NCBI RefSeq assembly: GCF_018977255.1 | Contig: NW_024704743.1 | Location: 26,662,001-26,726,000 of the forward strand | From: Callorhinchus milii | Lineage: Eukaryota | Direction of reading: 5' to 3' | Length of the DNA stretch: 64,000 bases | In this document: positions 49,066 to 62,067 of the stretch, piece by piece | Numbering within the stretch: the first letter of the stretch is position 1 | How the letters are laid out: each line of letters begins with the position of its first letter | Notes under the pieces: generated by a model | What the model was told of the DNA's origin: nothing | The model's database searches: none | What the model saw: the letters and a program-made list of their open reading frames with translations, nothing else | Program-made: the position numbers and the translations under genes

Positions 49066-52000
49066 GTTATAAATATGTGAATTATCCTTTTATGACCTCT
49101 TTCTTAAAGAGCAACAGTAAATATCCTCCAAGCAAAATTTTCAAAACAAAAGTACATAATGAATATAAGTTTTTCTCTGTGCCACAAGTATGTTCCAAAA
49201 CAGGTATGATCCAATCCTCAGTGACAAAAAAGGATTTGGGCTTTTCTTTTAGAAAAAGTGGTTGGCCCACCAAGGAACTAAGAATGCCACAGGAGGTATG
49301 TATGATTCAGTTGCTTTTTCTCTATCAGTATTCAATCTATCTTCTGAAACATGTATTACTGTACTATTGTATGTGGCGATGTTGTAAAGCATTGACATAG
49401 CAGACCTGCTGCTCTGTAATACACCGTCTCATTGGTCTAGATATTTCAAATGCATTTTAAGAATATAAAAGGGTTTTTCAATCATATTTCAAATGGCCCC
49501 AATGGACCTCATTATCTTGCAACTCTGCTACTGCAACAGGAATGATCAACCCTGTAGGCAATATGCGAGTCCCAGGGCCCCAGGCAAGGAAACTAAACTG
49601 TGAGAATTAATTTTTGTTTGCTTTTCCTAGTGTTTGGTCCGTGTGAAATTCATATTGTGATTTTTAGTACTGACAGATCGACTTGTAATCTGACTTGTGC
49701 AATTAGACACGGAAAAACTGATTGATAGTTTGCAACATCATCTTCCCTGCAACATTGTGAAGAAAAGCCAGCAGGATGCAAGATTAGTGATTGCTGCAAA
49801 ACGCAGAGGGAAGATTAACTCTCTGAATCACGCATTAGCTGCTGGCACATACTTACAACTCCTTGCTAATCTAACCTATAACATTGACAGCACTGTTGAC
49901 CACAAAGAAGCAAAAATCAAAGTCTGTGCTGATGAGTTCACAGGGGGTAGCTTCTCTTGTTCATCTCTCTCTCTCCCTCAGCTTGTAACGAATGACAGTT
50001 TGAGAAGAATCTTGTACGTTGGAGATGGAGAACCCACAAGGGCAGATGATTGACAGATTTGATGAAATAAATATTCCGACCTCACAACTCTCTTGTTGTA
50101 TTGTCAAGCTCAAGAACAGTAAGCCATGAACGGTGCAACATTTCGACAGCTGAGAAACCAGACATCCAATGCAATGAAGATGCTGTTAACCATGAATATC
50201 ACGCCATTATGCAGAAGCTGACATTCAGAGATAGCACCTGCAGGATAATTTACTTGTATTATCATAATACCGGGAGACCAAAGTACCAGAAAGAGAGCTG
50301 GAAGTATTAGCACAGAAAAGTGATCAATACAAGGATCCCTGGATCACTAAACTAGAAAAAAATTCATGGCAAGAGATAACTTGCTTGCAAAATGCAATGC
50401 CAATAGTAGGAAGTCTCCACATTTGGAGATGACACATCTAGTATTCGTTCTGTTGTGATTGTTCTGCCGTTCATTACTCTGCTGTTGCCAGGGTCCAGGG
50501 ATCTCTGCCATTGCTGGGGACTAGGATCTCTGTCGTTGTTAATGTCAAATAACCTGCCATTGCTTACTGGCAATGCTCAGTCAGCAATAATGGCTGGTTA
50601 GATGAGGCAAGAGGAGGGCACCTGACATCTGAAGAGCTACTTCTAGTAGAAGCAAAAATAAATCATTTGAGAACAAAAGCACAGGAAATTAGAGTAAGAT
50701 TGGGGGCAATTTTTTTTAAAAGAACTGTAAGCATTCCCACCAGCTGCCGGCAAAAGAGCAACCACTAAACATTTGAGCAAGACTGATGGGAAAACTTGAA
50801 AATGTTCATTCAATAATAAATCTCACTTAGACGCTCACCAGTTGTCATCAATCTGGTGCATCAAGGGCTATATGGGAATATTCTCTTTTTCCTCTCTGAA
50901 GATCAGCAGTTGGTAGGCCAGTGAGTAAGTGTGCATGTGTGTGTGTGTAGGGGACACATCAATACACATTGTTTTGACAGCTGAAGCTGGGTTGTATGAA
51001 ATTATATTGTCCATAACTCATGTACTCCAAGTGAAAAAACTATCAATTTCTCTGACATTGAAAAGGATTTCAAACTATTGCCACTTACAGCTTGTGGTTA
51101 CACCATTTTTCAAAAAGATGATCACTTTCTCCAATTTGCCCTTGCTAATACAAGACTATCCTTTTGCGCAAAAGCATGGCTTTGTTTTAAAAGAGGTGGA
51201 CAAATTAAATCCAGACCCCTTCACATTAAATACCCATATCTGTACTGCGCATATGTGTAGGATTAGCTTGCGAGACAATAACCACACCAGTAATGGTTGC
51301 AATCAATCATTTACTACCTTAATCCATAACAACAATGGTAACAATCTCAATCTAAGAACAGTCAAGTATTGTTATGACAAATCTATATTAAGATAACGTA
51401 ATATAGTGGTGACTAACTCAGAGATATTAGTAATGATCGGTTACTGTCTCTGGTGGGGAGGTGGCATTGCCTTTGCAAGCTCTCTAAGGCATCTCTCTCA
51501 CGACCTTGTGTCTGCAGCTCAAAAGTAGAGTCAGCCTCCATTTTAACCCACAATGCTCCAACTTGTGGCAAAGAACCTAACTTGGGTTCTTTGCTATGCA
51601 GATCCAAAGATATTCCATCATCTCTTATCAAAGTTCCAAACCCATGGGATAGGAACTCAAAAACCAAAGAAACACTATTAATCAGTTTATTTTTCCCCAC
51701 AGAACTAAATACGAGACAAGTCAATCAGTTTCCCACAGAGTTATTTTATTTGAACTCTTTCTTTATACTTTCAGTACAATCCTTACAGATGTAATTCATT
51801 ACTGCAATTGTCAAAATAAATTGTCATGCATTGATAAAGGCAAACCAATTTCACAGTTAATGTACACTTTAAGGTGTACAGTTAATGGTTTATTTGAAGG
51901 TCTAATCAAGGTATAATTGTCTCTGGGGTACTGGAGCAGCAAGGCCACTTCACTCTCAGCAGTACAGCTTGCTTTATGCATCTTGGTTTACATCAGTTCA

Positions 52001-54029
52001 GATCGGGGCTGATCCCCACCCAATCTTTGCGCTCTGTGCAACCTCAAATTGGCACATTTGCAGATCTACGAAATTGGGTGTTTATTTTTGTCAGAGTCAA
52101 ATGTGCAACCATCTCTTTATTATGATTAAATGATTGCCTGTTCAATAAGCTCACGCCATCTGATTCATGTCCTTTGATTGGAACATAGACAAGTGAGCCC
52201 AGGACAATTCCATGTCCCCTTCCCCCAGCCTTGTTTGAACTAGAGTGGATGTGAACCACAAAACCTCAGTGCTACCTCCCCCTCTCAGGAGCAGGGATGC
52301 AGCATGAGTCAAACTATCTGATCTCCCATTTGTTCTCTTGCCAGCAAACTGAGATCCAAATACAGTATTAGTTTATCTAGAAAGTATTAGCCACCCATCT
52401 GGTTCAGTTTTTTATTGGCTCAATGGATTGGAAATACTTCCAGGATTTCAGTTGTATTTGGTCACATATTCTGTATTTTAATCAGTTCCATTTGGCTCAG
52501 AGCGTGTTTCCTTTCCCCTCTGCATGTCTCTCTCCAGCCCTGTTGCTTTACATTCAGTAGATTTGAATACAAGAGTCTGGGGAGAGCACACAGCAGTAAA
52601 CCTGCACTGTGTGAACCTTAACCTCTTCCATTAGAAGCCAAAAGAAAACCTACTGAGAATGACGGACCTTTTGGAGTCTACAGAGAGGAAGCAAAATTGG
52701 TTAAATTAAAAAAAAGTGGAATTTGTCAAGCTGCATTTAGTTTCTCTAGAGCTCTACAGAACACCTTGACCAGCAGTGATTACAACCATTGACATGTTGC
52801 TTTTCAAAGGTGTTGAAAATGGTACTGTGTGTGTTACTTCAGTGAGAGAGACAGACAACAGCAACCACTTTCTTTGGCAAGCTTATCTATTATTCATAGG
52901 AATCAACACACTATTTGATTCTCCAATCCCTCAGGTATTGGAATGGACCTTGCATAAAAAAGGGACACCTCTTAACTCACTGGCACCATATACCCATGCC
53001 AGTACTAACCCTGCATGCATTAAAGCACAACACCTCTTCCCCCACTCCCCCACCTCAGGCCTACGGCCAAAGTATTCTTAGCAATGGGATCATGTTCTGA
53101 CATTTGATAAAGCATCTACAATGTTAAAATTGAGTGGGCACTTTATAGGTAATTGTTTTTAAGAAGCTGCACTCTTGGGGTTTACGCCAGCCTAAAAAAT
53201 GTTTGAGCTGTTATCAAGATTTTTTACTTATCAAGTAGTGATTGAAGGTTTGGATCTTCTGGCCTTTCAATTCTACACAAGGATCAGCAAAAGTCTTCGA
53301 CCAAGATGGGAAAAACACCAGAATGGGCTAATTAACACATCATTGAAACGAGTGAGATTATGATATTTTACACCGAGGTTGGTCCCTGGGTGTGCTACAG
53401 GTGGCCTGATCCACTAAAACCCTGCTCCTTGCTCAGGCCGAAGATGCCAGCCTCTTTGTGTGTTGTGTATCTGGTTCTTGGATTGTCGCTTTGTACAGAT
53501 GGTTATCAGGAGACCAGATTAACTGAATCAAACATTCAAAGTCAAGTATTCTGCTAAGCAGCATCCAGTGCTGCGAGCTGAAGGTCCAATATGCGATCAT
53601 TAATTTCATTGATGTGTTCGTACCATGGTACTTAATTGATATATGCCAACACCAAAATGTTCACCCCTCGAGTCTTAAATGCATTAGATTGTGCTATCTG
53701 CAGGGAGCAAGAGCAGAAGTGTACATGCACTAAATAAAAGCAATTATGGTGAGGTAGCCTAGAGAGACAGAGTCCAAATAGTCATCTGCTTCAGAATCTC
53801 CAGAAATTGGCAAACAAAGTAATCCAGACTATATTACTTGCAGTCCCAGAACCGCAAAGGAAATATTACCAGAATCAAATGGCTTCAAACCCCGCTGGAC
53901 GATGGTTGGATCGTGCCCAATTGATTGTGCAGATGTTCCTCTGTAACTGAGATCAATTCATCTACAATTTATCAGATATAACAAAAGAGACAACTTGCAG
54001 TCCCCTAAAGTAAAGACAACTTTACTTTA

Positions 54030-54172
54030 AGAGGGATTAGGGGATATGGGGATAAGGCAGACAGATGGAGTTAGATTAGAAGATCAGCCATGATCTTATT
54101 GAATGGCAGGGCAGGCTTGAGGGGCCGAATGGCCTACTCCTGCTTCTAATTCCTATGTTCCTATGTTCCTAT
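54030..54172 (+). mobile_element. CR1 3' tail
   Basis: gatcagccatgatcttattgaatggc...gaggggccgaatggcctactcctgcttcta(ttcctatg)n. Confidence 0.85.
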
Positions 54173-54399
54173 TTCTATCTCTGTGGACAGCATTGAGGTA
54201 TTGAGGCTGATACCTCAGTATTCTTATGGTTTTGAGGCAGCCTTCTCTGGGGACAGACAAGTTCAGGTTAGAGGTATCAACAAATCACAAGCAATAGGAA
54301 AGGAGAGAACTAAATTCACTGTTTAGAAATTTCCCCAAACCGCCAACGGCAATGCGGGCAGAACTCTGGCAACAGCAGGGTGGATTTATAATAACTTAT

Positions 54400-54505
54400 C
54401 GCCCACAAAATATACAGTCAATTCGCTTTACAGTATATTCTGTGAAGCGCTTTGCGATGTCTCAACGGCATGATAAGGCGCTACATCAAATGTAAGGAGT
54501 ATTGT
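54400..54505 (+). mobile_element. SINE 3' tail
   Basis: gcccacaaaatatacagtcaattc...gataaggcgctacatcaaatgtaagga. Confidence 0.85.
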
Positions 54506-56959
54506 ATCAAGGAAGTATCGTCCCACTCTGGGGATTTAAAGAAAAGACTTCAAATGCTGCAGAATGGTACAGATTTGTGTTTATGGATGTGCATGGCTCT
54601 ATAGGATTGCAAATATAACTGGAATTGTGCCCTCGGGAGTACTTAGGCAGAAGAGCAATCTGGTATTAACTTTGTTTCTGTGTGTGTACCTTTGGTGTAG
54701 AATTTGCAGTGTTCTTTAACCTTTTTCTTGTACGAATCAACACCACCTGCTACACGAGGTCCAGGAATTGTTGAAATCCCAAATGTATGTGTGAACACTT
54801 GGGAGTAAATTAGTAGGGGTGGAGGGCCAGTGGTTGCTCTAGCAGTCTTTTGTTAACGCTGTTCCTGGCGTTCTGACTTCTCCAAAAGCAATGAAGAAAT
54901 CCGCAGTGATAAAGGGGAAAAGAAGAGCTGCTCATGATTGGTAAAGCTTTGTTTGAAGGATACCAAGAAGCAACTACTGGCGTATCCTGCAGCTCAGAAG
55001 GCTTACTGTAAAGGCTACTTGTGACAGGTAAGAGATTGCAACTGTGATTTTAACAACAGGATAAAGTTGAAGTATCCTTGGGTACACAAAATCCAACTGT
55101 TTGAAAAAAGTGCCGCTCTTGTAGTGCAACCTTAATCTTTGGTACAGAACTAGACATGCTGTAGCTAATTATTTTCCACTCGGATAAATGAAACTCTATA
55201 TTCTCCTTTTCACATAATATGGTGAAAGTGTGATATTTCATAACAGATGAATATAATATCACATTGAATCTGAAGCATCAAACTTTTCAACCCGATGTTG
55301 TTCCTATATGCCACATTGAGTCCGAAATTACATTTGAAACCTTAGTGTTGAAAATTAGGATTCCGGCCATGATTTATGGAGTAAAAGACAAAGAAAATAT
55401 TAACTGCATACAATGTGAGGAATTAGCATCTACTTTTTCAAGAGATGGTACCTGTATCCAATCCATGTAAAGGGCCTAAATGTGCAAGTGTTTGGGAAGG
55501 TGTTCTTATCAATTGGGAACTGCATCATTTTTTCTTTAAAATGGACCTTGCACTTTTGCACCTTCACACCTTCAACAACTGGAAGGTTTGCCTGACCTGC
55601 AGACAGGACAATCTAAAGTCACTGACAAGATTGATCACAGTGAACAAGAGCAGCAACAAATTACAGTTGTATGGAGCCTTTTAGGTTCCAGAGGGTGGGG
55701 GCAGAGAGACTGAAGGAGAAGAAGGTGATCTGTGTCACATTCTCAACAAACAATGTGTAGAACACTCTTTTATTTTATTATTATCATTATTTTATTTAAG
55801 TCTCCAGTTACACAATCCAACAGTCACAGCAAACACCCTCTACTCAGTTCTTCCTGCTTTCTCTCCCTATTGATCTTCTTCCATTGGTCCCATTTAATTG
55901 GTCCTTATTTATTAATTAGTATCCAACAAGCTGGGAGCAGCCAAAGGGACATTTTTAGGGGCAATACATTTTGTTTTTAGTTACAGATGTCCCATAGATC
56001 TGAATTATACTTGCCTTCTCTTGAAAAGACTCACTATAAAATGAATCAGGGAAGGAGGTGTTTGACATTACATTGCACCATTGCAGCTATCAGCAGCAGA
56101 TTAGTCACCAGGGAGACAGGCAATGGAGAATCTCATTATTGAGTTGCTTGAGTGACCGGTCAGCACCATTTAAAATCCTTACACTACTGACACTAAGATG
56201 CTATTTACCATTCCTGTTATCTTTTCATGTTGTACAATAGACCCCAATTTTAAGGCATAATAAAAAAATGCAGCATTGCAAGTTTTTGTTCTAAACAAAA
56301 TGAATTTATTTACATTTTCAGTGTTGGTGTTTAACATGGTTGATGCAGTGTTCCTCTGTGCTTTCCCCTCTGCATCATAAGATGTTAAATGGGATGGAGC
56401 AAGTAAAGCCAGAGCAATACTTTGAGATACACCAAGGCAGCAGGAGAAGAATCAGATATTCAAGATTGTGAGAGGTAAGTTTACAGCACACAGCAGAATT
56501 TTTTAAAACAAAGGGTAATTAATAGTTGAAAAACATACCAGGAAGAGTGTTTCAGGCCAACACATTGGACATAATTAAAAAAAATGTTATGCTATAATGC
56601 AAAGTCAATAGGATCAGTATTCTCAAAGGCTGAGATAACTTTGCTCAAGCGTCTTCTCCATCCAAACTTCTGCTGTGATCTTATGATTAGGATCTTTTTC
56701 TTGGTTATGCTATACTTGATGTATCTAATATTGCTATCTACAACACTGGTGTATAACATGGGCACGCAGGTGACACAGATGGTTAACACACTGAATCAGC
56801 AATTGCTTTGGACCTGCATCAGTGTCAAGGGTTTCTCAAGCTGTTTGCTTAGTATGGCATGAGTATAGCATGAGTCCCAACCAGCTGTATTTGTGCACGT
56901 CAACCCATGCCACAAATGATGGCAATCTACTTCAAATACCCACTGATGTATGTGAGACC

Positions 56960-57085
56960 AGAAAACTGAGTGGCAAGATACTCTGGCCTTCCAAGTCCTG
57001 CTGATAAGCCAGGCTGGCTGTGCTTTCATCAGCAATGTCCTGGCGTACTATGGACCCAACTGGCTCTGGAACCAGACTACCAATA
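56960..57085 (+). repeat. Unclassified dispersed repeat (family X), 3' part
   Basis: caagtcctgctgataagccaggctggctg matches 40095 caagtcctgctgacgagccagactggctg; also matches 20218-20310. Confidence 0.6.
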
Positions 57086-57611
57086 AATGTTGGCTATTAT
57101 ACTTATTATTGTTATATCATTGTTATGGATATATAACATGATGTCCAATTAAATGTCCTCCTGACGTGAAAGGCATTATGCAAATGTAAATTGTTGTTTG
57201 TTGTTGTTGGTGATGCATAAATAAGCAATCTGGTTGTAAACTTTTACATCTGCCAAGTCAACAGGATTTAGTGGAAGCCTTTTTTTAAACCAAATATCTT
57301 AAATGAAGGTTCCTGAATAACAGCCCTGGCTATGTGGTTGTATATATTTGGATCTTTGGTTCTTATTAACATGTCAATAATAGTGAGATATCAGAACAGC
57401 TTCCATAGAGGTACTTAAATACAAATGGAATGAGATGATCTGATTAGATATAATGAGCTGTGTTATCTTTGTATTTTTATGATACAAGGGGTGAAATTTG
57501 TGACACTTCATCACAGATTAATTATAAAAATTATCAATTTGAATCTACTGGGAAAATCATAAATTTACAAACAGCATTTGGCCACATATACTGTAGTTTA
57601 TACTGTAGTCC

Positions 57612-58096
57612 CTCCCCAGGCTGCAAATCATCCAGAACTCTACAACCTGTGTCCTCTCCAACATGAGGCTCCGCGACCCTATCACCCCCATCCTTGCCCA
57701 ACTCCACTGGCTTCCCATCACACAGAGGATACAGTTCAAGATCCTGGTCCTCACCTTCCAAGCCCTCCACGGTCTTGCACCTCCCTACCTCTCCGACCTC
57801 CTAAACCCTATCACCATGTTCACTCCCTCCTCTCAGCGGGCTCCGGCCTGCTTCATGTCCCCCGCCTTGCTCACCCCACTATTGGCGGGCGGGCCTTCTG
57901 CCACTCTGCACCCACCCTTTGGACTGCATCTCGCAGTCCCTCTGCCTCGGCCCCTCCCTTGCCACCTTCAAAACCCATTTCATCCCAACCCTGCTCCCCC
58001 CCCCACGCTCAGGACCTGATCCCTGTCTGTTTAGCGCCTTCGGACGTCCTCCCGACATGAAAGGCGCTATGCCAATACAATTTTGTTGTTGTTGTT
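57612..58096 (+). mobile_element. L2 3' end
   Basis: Peptide DPITPILAQLHWLPITQRIQFKILVLTFQALHGLAPPYLSDLL; (TTG)n tail. Confidence 0.92.
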
Positions 58097-58696
58097 TAAT
58101 TTCTATATATTTCATCAGGTTAGTTTATTTAACAATCGTGAGTTATCACAATAGATGTGTGGTAGTTAAGAGATTGAATCAAACGAGAAAGCTTAAAATT
58201 GCTGCTGAGTGCAAGAAAATATCAGGGGAAAGATAGGAAGAGACCAGGGCTCAATGGTACTTTTGATGAGAAACAACATTGAGAACTAGAAGTATTTCTC
58301 CAGAGGCTGAGCTGATAGACAGGCTTATTTTAATAGAAGAATGAAATGATTATGCAGTGCTGACATGTTACTAGAGTCATTAGTGTGCTAGAATAAGATA
58401 TTTATAGCGCAGAGGAGGCCATTTAGCCTGTTGTGTCTTTGTTGACACCAGCTTTCCTTACTGTTGCAAACTCCTCTAATCCTAAGCCCTCCTCTTTCCT
58501 TACACCATTTCACTTTGAAATTGCAGGGTGTTAAGTCATAATTATGATTTTCACTGATGAAGCATTGACCTCCTCACTATGGTGCCTACATTTCTCTAAT
58601 TGTTCAGTATAGTTAACTGGTGGCTAGAAATTCCATGCAATTCTTTATCAAAAGAACCCCAAAAAAATTGAACTTTACAGTATTGGGGAAAGTGTT

Positions 58697-58852
58697 TGAC
58701 TGTTTGTAGGATACTGCTGTGCGCAATTGGCTGCTGAATTTTGCCCACAAAATATACAGTCACTACTCTTTACAATATGTTCTGTGCAGCACTTTGAGGT
58801 GTCTTGAAGACGTAATAAGGTGCGATATCAAATGCAAGGATTATTATTATTA
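58697..58852 (+). mobile_element. SINE 3' half
   Basis: gactgtttgtaggatactgctgtgcgcaattggctgc...caaatgcaaggattattatt. Confidence 0.9.
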
Positions 58853-59289
58853 TATATTCTAAAAGTATTGATGCCACAAAATGGGGTGAGAACAGTGATG
58901 TCAGTGAACTTCAAGTTGACAGTAGCCTACAACTCTGAGCCATAGGCTCCTTCCAAAGTTCAAGACTTGAACTAAACAGGTGACCGATGCAGTTGTATCT
59001 GAACAAACATAAGTACATCAAGTTTGGATTAACTCGACAAGAACAGATCAGCTAACTGATCTTCCTAAGGGTTCGGGGGATGGTGGAAGTGCTGTTTTGC
59101 TTTTAGACCAGTCAGATGGTTTGTTACTTGGGAGACCTTGGGGCATCCTTCTGATGTGAAAGGCACTAATATAAATGTAATTTGTTGTTTGTTGTTACAG
59201 TATCATCCAACTAAAGTTCTGAATCTTGTTGTAGTTCTACTCCATGTTGCACAATATAGCTAAGTAAATGGAACCCAATGTCTGTTACT

Positions 59290-59735
59290 ATAGAGACAAT
59301 GAAGGGAGTTTCTCCCAGTGTCCTGGCTAATAATCCTCCAAATAAAATTGGTCATTTACTTCATGGTTGCTTGTGGGAAATTGCTGTACACAAATTGATT
59401 GCTGTATTTCCCTATGAATGCACAATCACTAGACTCAATTGCAAAGATTATTATTTTATTGTTAGTGTGGAAATATTCCGTTAAAATATAAATAGTAATA
59501 ATTCTTACATTTGATACAGCATCTTCCACATTTGGACAAAGTCTCAAAGCACACGATTTACTGTAAAATGCAGTGACTGTGTATTTTGTAGGTGACTGCG
59601 GCAGCGAATTGGCAGACAAACATGTTCCACAGACAGACATGAAGTGAATGAATAATTTCATTTGGGGGATTGCTGGCCAGGACACCCGGAGAAACTCCAT
59701 TCCTTTTTTGAAATAGGGAATTTTAAATTCCATTT
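59290..59735. mobile_element. Tail-to-tail pair of old DeuSINE 3' halves (59290-59460 plus, 59495-59735 minus)
   Basis: gggagtttctcccagtgtcctggcta on plus; ggccaggacacccggagaaactcc on the opposite strand. Confidence 0.7.
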
Positions 59736-60144
59736 TTCAATCTGACTTTAATTTTATGCAGCATTTGATCACTGTTTGTGGTAGAAACATTCACAAAATG
59801 GCAATGCTGGGTCAGGTGCAGAGTTTTAATTTCCTGTCCTTATAAATGAGCACACGATCTCAAGTACTAGTGGTAAATATTTAATTACATTTCACTCTAT
59901 TGGTATAAGACTGATTAATGATGGAATTACACACAGGAAAAATACGAATGAACTGAGGATACTCCTGTTTAAAGAATTAGATATGTTGTGAATATGAAAA
60001 TATCAAAAAATATTTGTTTTTCTTTATTTCATTTAATAAACTCTTGACAAATATTGTTTTTTTTCTACTGAATGTCAGGTACCATGGAGAGAAACTGATA
60101 ACGGGGCGAACATTTGTGTTTTCTCATATGTTAATTGATATATA

Positions 60145-60567
60145 ATAAAAATACTTAATATAGTGCCTCATCACATCATTAAGACATCTTAAAGTGCTTC
60201 ACAGGATTTACTGTAAAGTAAAGACACATTTTGTAAGCGAACATGGCAGCCAATTTCACACACATCAATGTCCTACAATCAGTCATGAAGTGAATGATCA
60301 ATTTTATTTGGGGGATTGTTGGCCAGGAAACTGGGAGAAACTGCCTTCTTTTTCTTGAGCAGGGAATCAAAAATTCCACCTGAAGAGGCAGATGAAAACT
60401 CGGCTTAATGTCACATATGAAGGATGGCATCTCTTGACAATACAGCACACTCCTAGCACTTCAATGGAGTACCAGCCTACACTATGAGCTCGAAGTACCA
60501 ACATAGGGTTTGAACCCAAAACCTTCTGACTCAAAGGTGAGAGTGCTGCCAGCTGAGCCAAGCTGAC
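60145..60567 (-). mobile_element. Full-length old DeuSINE (SacSINE1-like)
   Basis: Reverse-complement head ttggctcagctggcagcactctcacctttgagtcagaaggttttgggttcaaaccc; Deu-domain; tail. Confidence 0.8.
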
Positions 60568-61422
60568 AATACCACTAAAAAGTGTATCCGATTGATATCC
60601 TAATATATTGGTTTGCCCTCTCCTCCATTGACTCTGTTATAGTAAGGCCTTCAGCTGCTCCCAAGTGTGCATACATTGCCAATGGGATATTAGTTTTACT
60701 CAAAACAAACCAGAGTAAAATAAGTACCCAATGCCTCACTCAGCTTCAAGCTCTACTATTGTGACAGATCTGCTGGTGGGGATGGGGAGTCGGGATGATT
60801 AAACCAATCGATAATTAAGGGACATTGACGGGCTGCATTTTTCTTGCTTTAATTAACACATCACACGTCGCAATTTTCACCCCAACATACGTTACAATAA
60901 ATTCTGCCTAGCGAAACATTCGTAGTGTTTCTGCTTTCTCGGGCAATGTGGGTTAACTCACAATGACACGCACCTTATTTACTTGCATTCATGATAACCT
61001 TTCAAGAAAGGGTAATATCTTCTAAAATTAGCTTATGATTTGAAAGGCAATCTCTCTCTCTCTCCTACAACATCTTAAGTAGGTTCCATTTCTTTTAGAT
61101 TATTCTCATCTGTTTTCCATTCCACTGTCATGAAGCTCCTTTAATATATATTTCTGAAAGCAATGAGAAGAAAACGAAAAATCTCCAAGGTCACTGATCT
61201 GACAATACTGAAAGCTCTCCACATGCTCTAGTTCTGATAACTGGTGTGAGGCATTCTTTCCTGACAGAGCAGTCAGGCTCCAGAATTTTACCTGGTCATT
61301 TTTTAAATTTTTAAAAATTGTACATTTGTTTGTGAAGATTAAGGAGTGTCTCTGATTTAGAGCCACTTTTCCTCCTCCCCCACTCCATTTCTGTGTTTTT
61401 TTTCAAGTAAAGAATAAACACA

Positions 61423-61540
61423 GTTTTGCCCACAAAAATATACAGTCAATTCACTTTATAGTATAGTCTGTGAAACGCTTTGAGACGTCTTGAAGACGTG
61501 ATAAGGGGCTATATCAAATGAAAATGCAAGGATTATTATA
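61423..61540 (+). mobile_element. SINE 3' tail
   Basis: gcccacaaaaatatacagtcaattcac...aatgcaaggattattat. Confidence 0.85.
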
Positions 61541-62025
61541 TGCAGATAAGCAGATGTTAATGTCTGATATCCGATTACGATTTATCTACAATGGACAAAT
61601 GTCTGAAAAGCCGATAAATATGCAGTCACTACACTTCACAATAAAGTTCATTGAGCTCCTTTGCGATACCTCAACTCGGTGATAAGGTGCTGTATAAAAG
61701 GCAACAATTATTTCTGTAAAAGCCAAAGAATAAGAGGTACGATTCTGCAAGAAATAAATGGAAGGCTTATTACTATAAGCATCAGGACTGGGAGAATTAA
61801 AACTGTGCTGAATATCTACATGGATGTTCAGGCACATTGAAGAGCCACATTTTCCTCAAAGTGTGCATGTTATTTTTTAATGACATTTTTTATTCAATAA
61901 CTTTAACCTGAATTTAGTGATAGCCTGTGGACAAAACATCATGATACTTCTGAAGGTCAATTTTGCAACCTTGTGCTGAACGTTTTAAAATATTCTCTTT
62001 CTGTCCCCAGCACAAAATACTGTCA

Positions 62026-62067
62026 GTGTGTGTGTGTGTGTGCGTACGTGCATGCGTGCGTGTGTGT
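62026..62067. repeat. (GT)n / alternating purine-pyrimidine microsatellite
   Basis: Seen directly. Confidence 0.9.

Noticed and set aside
50929..51396. 155-aa ORF
   Set aside because: Starts at a non-ATG codon in a GT repeat; no recognisable domain or exon boundaries
54006..54029. taaagtaaag-acaa-ctttacttta hairpin resembling a terminator
   Set aside because: Short, AT-rich, at a CR1 truncation junction, and in eukaryotic DNA
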